DNA of 31,376 bases from the UHGV virus genome UHGV-0241516; one strand, written 5' to 3'. Positions 1 to 9,400 of the stretch are shown here, in pieces. Both the position numbers and the translations under genes were made by a program. The notes under the pieces were generated by a model. That model did no database searches, had not been told where the DNA came from, and was given only the letters and a program-made list of their open reading frames with translations. The stretch comes from a virus. The first letter of the stretch is position 1. Each line of letters opens with the position of its first letter.

Positions 1-136
1 AGTTGTGGTATTTTCAGGGTAATCACCCGGAGCTGTGATTTCTTTTGACTCTCCCGTTTTGGTGCTATAGACGATTTCACCGCGATGGTCTGGCACATAT
101 TCCCATGAGTTAAAATTTGCAGAACGACAGATAGCA
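1..136. repeat. Copy A of a 136-bp perfect direct repeat (identical to 595-730); truncated by the window edge
   Basis: Read directly: 1-136 is base-for-base identical to 595-730, and identity stops at 137/731. On the minus strand copy A keeps the tfa reading frame but has an in-frame TAA at plus 158-160 just upstream and no ATG. Confidence 0.9.
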
Positions 137-219
137 GCAGGCAGAAACAACCCGCCTTAACGCTGTGCTGGATTACATTGACGCGGTGACGGCAACAGAT
201 ACCAGCACCGCGCCGGATG

Positions 220-912
220 TCATCTGGCCTGAACTGCCGGAGGCGTAGGCCATTCAATATCTGGCGCCCCGGAAGTATCGACCAGTTCCAGTGCGTCCAG
301 ATAATCCAGCCACGAATTATATTGTGCCAGTTCCTCGCCTTTCAGACGACCAATAGCGGCTTTACCGGGCCATTGTTTACTGTTCATGTATTCGTTGGCC
401 TGGTTAATCAATAATTGCCTCTCTGATTCGGCCTGTTCAATAAGTTCCTCAATCAGACTGATGGAGGCCATTGCAGTATCAATCAGTGACTGGCGCTGTG
501 CTTCTGCCGTGTCTACTGCGACGCTATGCTGTGCCTCAGTATCGGTCACCCATTTCTCACCATCCCATTTATCGTATGGTGTTAACGGGGCGATAGTTGT
601 GGTATTTTCAGGGTAATCACCCGGAGCTGTGATTTCTTTTGACTCTCCCGTTTTGGTGCTATAGACGATTTCACCGCGATGGTCTGGCACATATTCCCAT
701 GAGTTAAAATTTGCAGAACGACAGATAGCATAACCCACCTTATATGTGCCAGGAGCATCTAAACAGGAATATGCGGGGATACCGACACCCACAGCAAGAT
801 ATTCAATTGATGCAGAAATATACTCCCGTGTCTCACTGTCATAGTTATAAACGGTAATCTCTCCTGCCTTTGTGGCAATAAATTTATTATTTAAGATGGC
901 GTTATACATCAT
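220..912 (-). CDS. tfa: Tail fibre assembly protein (Tfa chaperone)
   Basis: 230 aa. C-terminal half (…[13 protein letters not shown]…[18 protein letters not shown]) resembles lambda Tfa-family chaperones as recalled. Sits directly downstream of the tail fibre gene. Stop TGA at 220-222. Confidence 0.8.
   Translation of the reverse strand: MMYNAILNNKFIATKAGEITVYNYDSETREYISASIEYLAVGVGIPAYSCLDAPGTYKVGYAICRSANFNSWEYVPDHRGEIVYSTKTGESKEITAPGDYPENTTTIAPLTPYDKWDGEKWVTDTEAQHSVAVDTAEAQRQSLIDTAMASISLIEELIEQAESERQLLINQANEYMNSKQWPGKAAIGRLKGEELAQYNSWLDYLDALELVDTSGAPDIEWPTPPAVQAR
595..730. repeat. Copy B of the 136-bp direct repeat, internal to tfa (codons ~62-106)
   Basis: Identical to 1-136 (see copy A). 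Confidence 0.9.
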
Positions 913-1736
913 GCAGCCCTCACAATGTAATTAAATGAAATATTACGTGGGCGTGTCTCTGCTGCACCGACAATACTGGTGCTCAACCCCGTTGCCGTTC
1001 GTTTGTTATTTTTATTTCCTTCAATCAGACAGTTGTAATCATCATTACCAATTAACGAATTGGTGGCATCAATACTGTCCGGGGACAAGGCATTAGTAGT
1101 GGAACTTAAAGTCAGCATCTCGTCTGAACTTGGAAGATTTTTTAATGGTGTTTCATTGCGTGAAATACCCGCGTAAAAAAAGGACTCATGCCTGTGAGCT
1201 TCAAAAGAGTCATCCTGAAGACTTAGCAAGGCTCGCCCCGCATCCACTCCACGTCCATCATCCCAGCCACGAATAAATTCACCGCGTAAATCAGGCAATT
1301 TATTGGTCGGGTAAGCCTTTGCCAGTTCCGGGTATTCTTCAGCAGAAAAAGCCGCACCATTGCATTTCAGCCAGCCTGTTGGCGGAGTGGCTGAAGGCCA
1401 CGGAACAGGCACCCCAACCGGTAATGCAGAGCCTTCTCCCAAACCAAGGTTTTCGAGAGCCGTTTTCACCGTGCCATCCGATTTGATATCGCCAAACGGA
1501 TTCTTGCGGCTTAACAGCAGCGCACGAAGCGCGGTAAGCAACTGGTCGTGCCGCGCCTTCTCCAGGCTGGCACCGGATGCCTCCACCACGCTGCAGAGTT
1601 CTTCCTGCAACATATCAAAGTAGTCATCATCCAGATCGGTGGCAGGCGTGCCAGTCTGGGGGTTACCACGGGTAAAACCGTTCTTACCCGCGCCGAACTT
1701 ATCCTTCTGCGCGGTTTTCGTGTCTATACGATGCAT
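909..1736 (-). CDS. Tail fibre protein with phage tail-collar domain
   Basis: 275 aa. Tail-collar-like motif ([32 protein letters not shown]…[12 protein letters not shown]) and typical fibre C-terminus ([16 protein letters not shown]). ATG at 1736-1734. Lies just before tfa. Confidence 0.8.
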   Translation of the reverse strand: MHRIDTKTAQKDKFGAGKNGFTRGNPQTGTPATDLDDDYFDMLQEELCSVVEASGASLEKARHDQLLTALRALLLSRKNPFGDIKSDGTVKTALENLGLGEGSALPVGVPVPWPSATPPTGWLKCNGAAFSAEEYPELAKAYPTNKLPDLRGEFIRGWDDGRGVDAGRALLSLQDDSFEAHRHESFFYAGISRNETPLKNLPSSDEMLTLSSTTNALSPDSIDATNSLIGNDDYNCLIEGNKNNKRTATGLSTSIVGAAETRPRNISFNYIVRAA

Positions 1737-1739
1737 GGA

Positions 1740-2324
1740 TTACTCCGGATATTTAAAAATTACGTAGGTATGCGACGGGCAGAGTTTGTTAAGCACACAT
1801 TCGACAACGGTGTCGCCCCAGATACGCAGTGCGGAATCACAGGGATCGCCACATGTCATCCAGGTGGTGTTGGTGGCGGCTGGCATGTTGATCTGCCAGT
1901 AATACCGCCATTCCGGCGCATTCACCGCGTCAGTACAGGCCGATGAGCAGGTGAACGTGCTTTTGTCGTATCGCGTGATGGTAGCATCTGGTCTGCCCAG
2001 GGCAGCAAGCTGTGCAAGATAAAAATCCTCGTTGATGCCACCCGACAGGTTAACCTTCGCATCCAGCCGTTGCTGGCGCTGGCGAAGGGTCTGTGTCCCT
2101 GTAGGAATACATTCATCCGGCAGGCCGCACAGACGCTCCCAGCGGTTTATCAGTTCGGTGGTGGTGCGCGGATCCAGCTCCCGCATCAGGGCATCCGCAC
2201 GCTGATGAACACGGGTTAATGACGGTGCCGTACCGGCAATCGCCGGATCGCTGGCTGACCACGCCGGACCGGGCGGCAGCAGTGCCGACAACAGACGGAT
2301 GTAATCATCGTTTGTCACGTCCAT
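1740..2324 (-). CDS. Mu gp48-like baseplate/tail protein (DUF2313-like)
   Basis: 194 aa. Position between the baseplate J-like gene and the fibre gene matches Mu-like tail order. Family assignment from memory. Confidence 0.65.
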   Translation of the reverse strand: MDVTNDDYIRLLSALLPPGPAWSASDPAIAGTAPSLTRVHQRADALMRELDPRTTTELINRWERLCGLPDECIPTGTQTLRQRQQRLDAKVNLSGGINEDFYLAQLAALGRPDATITRYDKSTFTCSSACTDAVNAPEWRYYWQINMPAATNTTWMTCGDPCDSALRIWGDTVVECVLNKLCPSHTYVIFKYPE

Positions 2325-3373
2325 GAAATCGTCCCCAGAACCGCCAGTTCATTTTTTGCAATGGAGATATTGTCCGCCGGTGCAAGCAATTGATGGCTGT
2401 ATTCCCCGTTCGCACCGGAAATCGCCTCACTGATACGCGATACCTTCAGTTCTCCCTGCGGATAACCATCACGCAGCAGGAACGAACGCAACTCCGCGGT
2501 AATGGCAGCCCGTATTTCTGGTGTGTCCGGCGTCACGCGGATATGAAAATCCACCGTATGCGCCGCCGGCCTGAACACATACAAATCAGAGCCTGCCACC
2601 GGGGCCAGTGGCCCGATATGTTGTCTTGCCGCCGTTTCCGTTGATTCTTCCGGAATGGGATTAATCAGGTCACTGCCGGCAATCATCACACCGACAGTCC
2701 CCGTTCCCATCCAGTGACGGTATGTCCATGCGCGGGTAATGCCGGGCACTTCTTTAGCCCAGACGACATAGTCCCCGTCAGCCCCGCCCTGCGGCGTCCA
2801 GTAATACCGCTCAATGACGCGGGCGCGCCACGTTTCCAGATCTTCAGTATCGAATCCGCCAGTCAGGGTATCTGCCACACCGGAAGACGGCAGACCATTC
2901 ACCGGCGTGACCAGGATTAATGCCGTACCGTCGTCAGCGTTACCGACCGCGCCTGCAGTTGAGCAGGCGATCGGCACGCGCAGGACTCCACCTGAGCTGG
3001 TTGCATCAGAAGTTGCCGTGTACTGAACCAGGTCATCGCGCTGAATAACACTCCCGGCGGTCACCTTCAGGCCATCGCTGACACCTTCCCAGCGCATATA
3101 CCCGCTGGCAGACGTGGCCCCCTTGCGCGGACACCGTTTCATCGCAGCATGTCGCGCCAGCCAGGACTCATCGCACAGGTCAGGCAGCATGTTCATTGCC
3201 AGATAATCGATGTAACCGTAAACCGTATGCAGCGCCGCCGCATACACCTTTGCCCGCACGTCTTCATCCATGCGCCGGAGCGTGTCGCTGACGTCCAGCC
3301 TGGCGAATAAATCGTTACGGAGCATACTGATATTTTCTGCCAGCGTCGGGCGCTGAAATTCACTGTCCGCCAT
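2315..3373 (-). CDS. Baseplate J-like protein (Mu gp47-like)
   Basis: 352 aa. ATG at 3373-3371 checked. Position and size fit baseplate J family in the Mu-like tail cluster. Confidence 0.75.
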   Translation of the reverse strand: MADSEFQRPTLAENISMLRNDLFARLDVSDTLRRMDEDVRAKVYAAALHTVYGYIDYLAMNMLPDLCDESWLARHAAMKRCPRKGATSASGYMRWEGVSDGLKVTAGSVIQRDDLVQYTATSDATSSGGVLRVPIACSTAGAVGNADDGTALILVTPVNGLPSSGVADTLTGGFDTEDLETWRARVIERYYWTPQGGADGDYVVWAKEVPGITRAWTYRHWMGTGTVGVMIAGSDLINPIPEESTETAARQHIGPLAPVAGSDLYVFRPAAHTVDFHIRVTPDTPEIRAAITAELRSFLLRDGYPQGELKVSRISEAISGANGEYSHQLLAPADNISIAKNELAVLGTISWT

Positions 3374-3788
3374 GCGTTATCGCACTCCACAGATCATCAA
3401 AAGAAATCATTACCGGTCCGTCACGACGCCAGAGAGTGATACTGTTACCCAGTTCATTAATCCCGGTGCGGCGGATATCCAGATCAATACGGGACACCAC
3501 ACCGTCATCAATCATCCATTGCAGGCATTCGCGGATATACCCCCTTACCGTCTGCACCAGCTGATTGGTCAGTTTGCCGCGCTGAAGCAGCCACAGCCGG
3601 GAGCCGTAACGGTCATTCTGTACCGCAGGCCAGGTATCCCCCCACCATCCCATCGGGACGTCGGCATTGTCATCAGGCTCCGCCCGCCGCCAGGTAAACA
3701 GGGAAATCACCACGGCGCGGGTCAGCGGATCCAGCGGTGCGCTGGCGCAGGTGCGTTTACCGTTCACCGTCAGCCACAGTTCCATCAT
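3360..3788 (-). CDS. Mu gp46-like baseplate protein
   Basis: 142 aa, overlaps neighbours by a few nt. Size and order match Mu-like baseplate. Confidence 0.65.
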   Translation of the reverse strand: MMELWLTVNGKRTCASAPLDPLTRAVVISLFTWRRAEPDDNADVPMGWWGDTWPAVQNDRYGSRLWLLQRGKLTNQLVQTVRGYIRECLQWMIDDGVVSRIDLDIRRTGINELGNSITLWRRDGPVMISFDDLWSAITHGGQ

Positions 3789-4333
3789 GCCTCCATCGCT
3801 TTATCCGGTTTGTCGGTGTTACTGCCCTGACCGTTCTCTCTGTGACAATGGCCGTTATAGGCAAGCCGCATCGCTGACATGGTGGTGCCGCCGGAGTCGC
3901 ACAGGTCTTTCACCTGTCCGGTCACTTCCAGGTCCATTTCAAAACGTGCTCTGGGCGCATTGCGAAACGTGATCGTTTTACCTGCACCGTCCACCACGAT
4001 CCCCTCCCGGGTCAGCGTCACAGACTGCCCCTGATCGTCATAGACAGCCACCTCACCCGTCTGCAGCCCTTTCAGGCGGTAGCGCCGGTCCGACACCGTA
4101 ACAACCACCGCATGAGAACGGTCGCCATCCGGAAACAACACCACCGCTTCCGCACCGCTGTTTGCCCTTGCGGTAAAACCGTAGGGTTCAAGATGTTCAA
4201 CCCCGGCTTTGGGTTCACCGGCAATCAGGGACACATCCACGGTCTGACATTTCGTGGCGGCACTGATGCTTTTCACCACTGCCCGCCCAATCAGGCCGAG
4301 AAGTTGTCGCTGCATGGCTTCAATCGTCCTCAT
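3785..4333 (-). CDS. Baseplate assembly protein V-like / spike (Mu gp45-like)
   Basis: 182 aa. Size and position between hub and gp46-like genes. Confidence 0.7.
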   Translation of the reverse strand: MRTIEAMQRQLLGLIGRAVVKSISAATKCQTVDVSLIAGEPKAGVEHLEPYGFTARANSGAEAVVLFPDGDRSHAVVVTVSDRRYRLKGLQTGEVAVYDDQGQSVTLTREGIVVDGAGKTITFRNAPRARFEMDLEVTGQVKDLCDSGGTTMSAMRLAYNGHCHRENGQGSNTDKPDKAMEA

Positions 4334-5412
4334 CAGAACGGGTCCTCCTGTACTCTGGCTTTTTTCTTTTTCCGCGCGCCGGGGGCTTCAGGTTCAGGCA
4401 GATAAGCATCAGGCGGGCCGACACGGATTTCCGTCAGGGTGCCGTTCTGGTCCTGAGTAAACGTGACTTCCGAAACAAGCAGTTCGGTATTGTCAAAACC
4501 ACAGACCGGATCAAAGACAATCACCCGCTGGTTGGGTTGCCACAGCGTACCGTTACCCTGTCGCCAGCCCTGCACCACATAGGTGGTTTCATCCGTCCGC
4601 GCCGCCCGTTGCCGGGCTTCAAAGTCAGCACGCGCAATACAGCCTGCCCCCGTAGCCTGCCCTGTCTGCCTGATATACATCGGACGGTAACGGGCAATAA
4701 ATGCGTCCTCTGTGCGGGCCCGCAGCGCGGTGGTGGTGGCCTCACCGAAATCATCGTCGTTTCCGGCACGCTGCCCCGCCACCTGGTAAACAGAAAACCG
4801 CTCCCGGATACTCTTCTCCGTATCACAGGAAAGGATGTTTTCCCCAAGTACCAGCGCGGTATGTGCCCGCGTTGAGCCAATACCGCCAATCACCAGCCTG
4901 CCGTGCGGGTCGTCGTAAGCCAGCGCCTGCTGCTGACCGAGTATTTTGTTGATTACCTCAATCACCGTTTCACCGTGATCAGGCTGAACATCAGGAATAA
5001 CACCCGACGGCGCACCGCTGTTCACCACCTCAATACCGAAAGGCGCAGCAAGCGCCTGCGCAATCTGCACCAGCGAGCGTCCGTTAAACTGTGTCGGTTC
5101 GGCTGCACAGTCAATCAGGTCAGCCGTCAGACTACGTCCGGCAATACCGGTGCTGACCGAACGGGCATCGTACCGAACGGGCGTCGCCTCCACCCAGCCG
5201 GTGATCACCAGCTCATCACCAATCAGCACTTCCACTTTTGAACCGTTTTTAATGCGCGGCTGAAGCGTGGTGATACCCTCATCTCCCGGCCACTGGCGAG
5301 TGATCTCCACACTGAAATCCCGCGCCAGCCGTTCAATACCGGCACCGATGCGCACCGATGTCCAGCCATTCCACTCCCGGCCATTTACCCGTAGCGTGAC
5401 GTTATCGTTCAT
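4333..5412 (-). CDS. Baseplate hub / tail protein (Mu gp44, P2 gpD-like)
   Basis: 359 aa. Follows the DNA-circulation gene as in Mu. C-terminus is Lys-rich (GARKKKKARVQEDPF). Confidence 0.7.
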   Translation of the reverse strand: MNDNVTLRVNGREWNGWTSVRIGAGIERLARDFSVEITRQWPGDEGITTLQPRIKNGSKVEVLIGDELVITGWVEATPVRYDARSVSTGIAGRSLTADLIDCAAEPTQFNGRSLVQIAQALAAPFGIEVVNSGAPSGVIPDVQPDHGETVIEVINKILGQQQALAYDDPHGRLVIGGIGSTRAHTALVLGENILSCDTEKSIRERFSVYQVAGQRAGNDDDFGEATTTALRARTEDAFIARYRPMYIRQTGQATGAGCIARADFEARQRAARTDETTYVVQGWRQGNGTLWQPNQRVIVFDPVCGFDNTELLVSEVTFTQDQNGTLTEIRVGPPDAYLPEPEAPGARKKKKARVQEDPF

Positions 5413-6779
5413 TGCACTGGCACCTTCAGAGGGATCACCGGCACAAAGCCGGGATGCGTAATGGCATTACGCCGGATAATGTCCGCGTCACGCGCCGCGT
5501 TATCAAACCAGGTCGCCGCCAGCACCAGCGCGGGTAAAACCTCATCCGGCGTGCGCTGAATGATCCGTGCAGACTGTTCAAGGCGCGTGTTGATATCCGC
5601 ATTCAGATCTGCTTTCACCCGGCGCAGCGCCAGAAACAGCGCATCACTGGTTGTACGGGACAACTCCTTATCAATTGCCGTATTCAGTGTGTCGCGAATG
5701 TCAGTCAGTTCTTCCCACGTCGGCAGGTCAACTGTGTTTTTCACCGCCGGTGCATTGTTCAGTGCCGGATGCGTGACGGAAGGCCAGCCAGTGCTCTGCG
5801 CAGGTGTTGTTGCCTGCCCCACTGCGGCATTCTGCATCACCGCGGAAGTTGTTGGCGTAGGCAATCGGGTGACGGCATACGCCGCTTCGCTGATTGCGGT
5901 CGTACGAAGGGTGCTGGCAACCACGTTACGCTGCTGCGTAGCCGTGGCGGTGGTTTTACTGTCCGTTTTCCAGACGCCGCGCGGTTGCAGATCGCTGCCG
6001 AGGCTGACACCGGAAAGCGTTTTGATCATGGTGACCAGGTCGCTGGCGTTACCATAAAGGCGTTTCCCGGTACGCCACATTTTCTGCACCTGCTCAACGA
6101 AATTTTTGCCTGACGATGGCGGCGGCAGAAGTACCGAGATATCCCCCTGCAACAGCCTGGCGGCATCCGATACGGCAGAATCCACCACTTTCATCGCATC
6201 AGAAACATACCCAAGCATTGTGCTGGCATTACCGACGACGTCGTTCTGCACAAAATCTGCCACGCCATCGATACTGAAACTACTGAAACTGTCACTGATG
6301 CAGTCATCCAGTGCAGAACAGGATGACATCAGCGTCTGCGCCGTCGCCGCACCTGATGTGGGGTAAGAGAGTTCTCCCGCTTCGACAAACTTCAGGTCAA
6401 AGCGGACAATACGCCCTTCACTCTTCGATGTGCTGACCCGAACCTCTCCGTCAACACAGACTTTCAGCTCACCGTAAGTCGGATGGACAAGCGTGCCGGG
6501 ACCGGGTTTATTCAGCGCGTCAATCAGGCGATCGCGCTGGTCAAAGCAGTCATCTCCCACCACATAAGCCGTGATGGACGGGCGGAAAGTGATTTTCCCC
6601 AGGTCTTCGGTATAGGGTTTGTCGCGGTTCGGGTATTCGTGCGTTTCCACACGACGACCGGTTCCCGCACTTTCTTCTTCAACCTTAAACGGCACACCGC
6701 GAAATGACGCGTCCTGAAGTCTGTCTTTCCACGTCATATAAACTCCGTACATAAAAAATCCCACCGGAGTGGGACTCAT
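5409..6779 (-). CDS. Mu N-like DNA circulation protein
   Basis: 456 aa. N-terminal MTWKDRLQDASFRGVPFKVEEE…HEYPNRDKPYTEDLG matches the DNA-circulation N-terminal domain as recalled. Directly downstream of the tape measure. Confidence 0.75.
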   Translation of the reverse strand: MSPTPVGFFMYGVYMTWKDRLQDASFRGVPFKVEEESAGTGRRVETHEYPNRDKPYTEDLGKITFRPSITAYVVGDDCFDQRDRLIDALNKPGPGTLVHPTYGELKVCVDGEVRVSTSKSEGRIVRFDLKFVEAGELSYPTSGAATAQTLMSSCSALDDCISDSFSSFSIDGVADFVQNDVVGNASTMLGYVSDAMKVVDSAVSDAARLLQGDISVLLPPPSSGKNFVEQVQKMWRTGKRLYGNASDLVTMIKTLSGVSLGSDLQPRGVWKTDSKTTATATQQRNVVASTLRTTAISEAAYAVTRLPTPTTSAVMQNAAVGQATTPAQSTGWPSVTHPALNNAPAVKNTVDLPTWEELTDIRDTLNTAIDKELSRTTSDALFLALRRVKADLNADINTRLEQSARIIQRTPDEVLPALVLAATWFDNAARDADIIRRNAITHPGFVPVIPLKVPVQ

Positions 6780-6797
6780 TAACAGATTAATTTTTCA

Positions 6798-8633
6798 TTA
6801 CCTGCCAAAGCGCGTATAGCCAACATCATGGCTGACATCAAAACCGCTGGATCGCGTTTCCATAACCCGCATACCCGGAGGCGAATTCACAAAAGAGACC
6901 TTGATCTCACCATCAACTTTTGGCGCAGAAGCTTTGTTAATCATGAAGGGATTCAGGCCTGTGGCACCGGAGGCGTTGTTTGACTGAGCCGGATCTACCG
7001 CCGGATAAGGTGTGTATCCCCGCGCCGGTATTCCCGTCCCATAAGCATCATAAGCACCCGCGCCCCACTGCGCAGAGTTAATGGCATCGACCGTGTCACC
7101 GGAACTGTCGGTAAACCACTCAATAATTGGCTTCAGCTTGTCCCACATATCCTGAAACCACTTAACAACCGGTCCCCAGTTATTGATCACCATCCCCAGC
7201 GGCGACCAGGCAAAAACCTTCTTAAGAAGTTCCCAGCCAGTCTCAAAATAAGGACCAATGGTTTCCCAGAGTTTCTTAAAATAAGGTCCGACAACATCCC
7301 AGTTAGTGATAATTAATCCCGCAGCGAGGGCTATCGCCGTCGCAATCATGCCAATCGGCGTCATCGACATGATCCTGCTGACAATACTGATGGCACCGCC
7401 AACGCCCATCAATCCCAGTTTCAGAATCGCAAGACCGGCAGCAAGCCCGACGACGCCGCGAATAACCCGGGGATTTTCATCCGCAAACTTCGTGAATTTT
7501 TCCCCTAACTCCCCCAGCCATTGCGTGATATTTTTAGCGTCACCAGAAAATGCGCCGCCAATAGCCGCAAGGCCGTTAGTTGCGGTCCCCGTCATTGCCT
7601 CCCACAGGTTGGACAGCGTACCAAGCTGAGCCTGAACACGTTTATTCAGGCTGGCCTGTTTATTCATCTTCTGCTGGATCTGATCGTAGCCATCCTTTCC
7701 TTTATCGATCAGCGCATTGACCACCTGAAGGGTTTCGGCATCATCACCAAATATTGCCTTAAGTACACCGGTTCGCTTAACGTCGGTCAGTTTTCGCAGC
7801 TTTGCCAGTTGCCTGAACATGTTATCAAGACCGCCAAAACTCCCTTTGCCATCAGTAAAATCGAGCTGTACCCCGAGTTTCTGGCGGGCCATGATTTTAT
7901 TGACGTCCCTGATTTTCTTAACGCTTAATCCGGACTGGATAACTTTTCGCAGGGCATTACCTGCCGACTCCCCGTTCATCCCCATCTGATCCATCATGAC
8001 ACTGATGGGGGCAAGACTCTGTGCAGCCTGAAGACCGTCCTTATTCACCATTTTCAGAACAGAACTGGTTTTAGTGAAGAAGGACAACATGTTGGTATCA
8101 TCAACGCCCAGATAAAACGCCTTCTGGATAGTGTCGAACAGCCCCATCATGTCTTCTGACGCCGTTCCGGTAGCATCCTGCATCTTTGCAGCAAACTCAG
8201 CAGCCGCTTCCGGTGTTTTTTTCAGTTGTACCGCAAGATAAGCTGTCGCTTTACCCACACCACCAAGAATGTTTTCTGCCGGGATCCCCTGACGCACCAG
8301 CATCTGCATCATGTTCTGGAAATCAGCCGTTGTACCGGGTAGCTGGTTACCCAGGCCAATAGCCAGTTTATTGATGTCCTGAAAGCTCTTTCCAACCTCG
8401 CCGTTCGCATCCATCATGGCGACTTTCAGCCCGGTGGCGGCGTTTTCCTGATCGGCATAAGATTTCAGGGAAAGCGTCAGACCCGCTGCCAGTCCGCCAC
8501 CAAGCGCCAGCCCACCCTGTGACGCTTCTTCCGCCTGGCGTTTAAATCCCCGGATTTTCTTTTGCATTTTCGACAGCGCGGGAGAAAGCCTGTCGACACC
8601 GGTGATCAACGCCTTAAGCTCAAATTCAGCCAT
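6798..8633 (-). CDS. Tail tape measure protein
   Basis: 611 aa, Ala/Gly-rich with long hydrophobic segments (GVVGLAAGLAILKLGLMGVGGAISIV…). Follows the frameshifted chaperone pair. ATG at 8633-8631. Confidence 0.85.
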   Translation of the reverse strand: MAEFELKALITGVDRLSPALSKMQKKIRGFKRQAEEASQGGLALGGGLAAGLTLSLKSYADQENAATGLKVAMMDANGEVGKSFQDINKLAIGLGNQLPGTTADFQNMMQMLVRQGIPAENILGGVGKATAYLAVQLKKTPEAAAEFAAKMQDATGTASEDMMGLFDTIQKAFYLGVDDTNMLSFFTKTSSVLKMVNKDGLQAAQSLAPISVMMDQMGMNGESAGNALRKVIQSGLSVKKIRDVNKIMARQKLGVQLDFTDGKGSFGGLDNMFRQLAKLRKLTDVKRTGVLKAIFGDDAETLQVVNALIDKGKDGYDQIQQKMNKQASLNKRVQAQLGTLSNLWEAMTGTATNGLAAIGGAFSGDAKNITQWLGELGEKFTKFADENPRVIRGVVGLAAGLAILKLGLMGVGGAISIVSRIMSMTPIGMIATAIALAAGLIITNWDVVGPYFKKLWETIGPYFETGWELLKKVFAWSPLGMVINNWGPVVKWFQDMWDKLKPIIEWFTDSSGDTVDAINSAQWGAGAYDAYGTGIPARGYTPYPAVDPAQSNNASGATGLNPFMINKASAPKVDGEIKVSFVNSPPGMRVMETRSSGFDVSHDVGYTRFGR

Positions 8634-9044
8634 GTGTGCGTTTCTCCTGCTCTATCCTGTTTGCCTGACTGACCAGCAAGGGAATTTCACTGATCGGCAT
8701 ATTCAGCAATTCGAAGGGATTAATGCGCCAGTAACTGGCGCAGTCAAAGAAGCGATCAGTGAGGTATTCAGCCGTCAGGCCTGGAGGAAAAAACCGGCCA
8801 CAAGCCACGCCGCTGCATTCAGGTCTGCCGGAGACATCTGGTCGACAGAGCTTTGCGGCACTTTCGCCAGCCGCACGATGTATTTCGATACCACATGCGC
8901 CAGAAGTCTGACGGACTCATCCTGATTCATCTGGTAGGGATATCCCAGCTCGCGGACATCTTTCCCGGTGGGCTCATCAAACTCCAGTACGGAGAGTGTC
9001 TCGCCATGAGCGGTAATCGGTTTCTTTAACTCAAGCTCTTTCAT
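8626..9044 (-). CDS. Tail assembly chaperone, predicted -1 frameshift fusion product (~139 aa)
   Basis: The -1 frame stays open from the slippery site to a TGA at 8628-8626, overlapping the tape-measure start. Same layout as the conserved G/GT-type chaperone frameshift between tube and tape-measure genes. Confidence 0.65.
8775..9044 (-). CDS. Tail assembly chaperone, short (zero-frame) product
   Basis: 89 aa. ATG at 9044-9042 overlaps the tube stop (TAATG). Ends TGA at 8777-8775. Contains slippery T_TTT_TTC (plus 8787-8793) near its 3' end. Confidence 0.8.
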   Translation of the reverse strand: MKELELKKPITAHGETLSVLEFDEPTGKDVRELGYPYQMNQDESVRLLAHVVSKYIVRLAKVPQSSVDQMSPADLNAAAWLVAGFFLQA

Positions 9045-9400
9045 TACTGGTAATCCCCTTCTTCACCGTGGAACTCAAGATCGACCGTGCCTTCTTCGGC
9101 ATTATGGTTCGCTTCGCCGTGCAGCCAGGCAGACGACAGTACATAGACCTGACCGTTTGCCAGCTCGGCAGTGATGGTCATCTCATCAGACGAGGTGATT
9201 TTGCTCACCGGAAAATTCTTCGGCACCTTGAAGGTCCCTTTGACATAAGGCGCACGGTGAGTTTCCTTGCGGTCCACTGAACCGTCCAGGCCGATGATGT
9301 CATCATTGACCGTCCTGTTCATGGGCACCTCAATGCCGCCGGTCAGCGATAGCTGCTGACCGTCAATTTTGAAATAACAGGTTCCCCCGATACGGGCCAT
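9044..9400 (-). CDS. Tail tube protein (Mu gpM-like)
   Basis: 118 aa, immediately downstream of the sheath gene. ATG at 9400-9398, TAA at 9046-9044. Confidence 0.8.
   Translation of the reverse strand: MARIGGTCYFKIDGQQLSLTGGIEVPMNRTVNDDIIGLDGSVDRKETHRAPYVKGTFKVPKNFPVSKITSSDEMTITAELANGQVYVLSSAWLHGEANHNAEEGTVDLEFHGEEGDYQ

Noticed and set aside
217-616. Plus-strand ORFs (217-414, 386-616) antisense to tfa
   Set aside because: They lie entirely inside the well-supported minus-strand tfa gene and have no RBS or recognisable motif.
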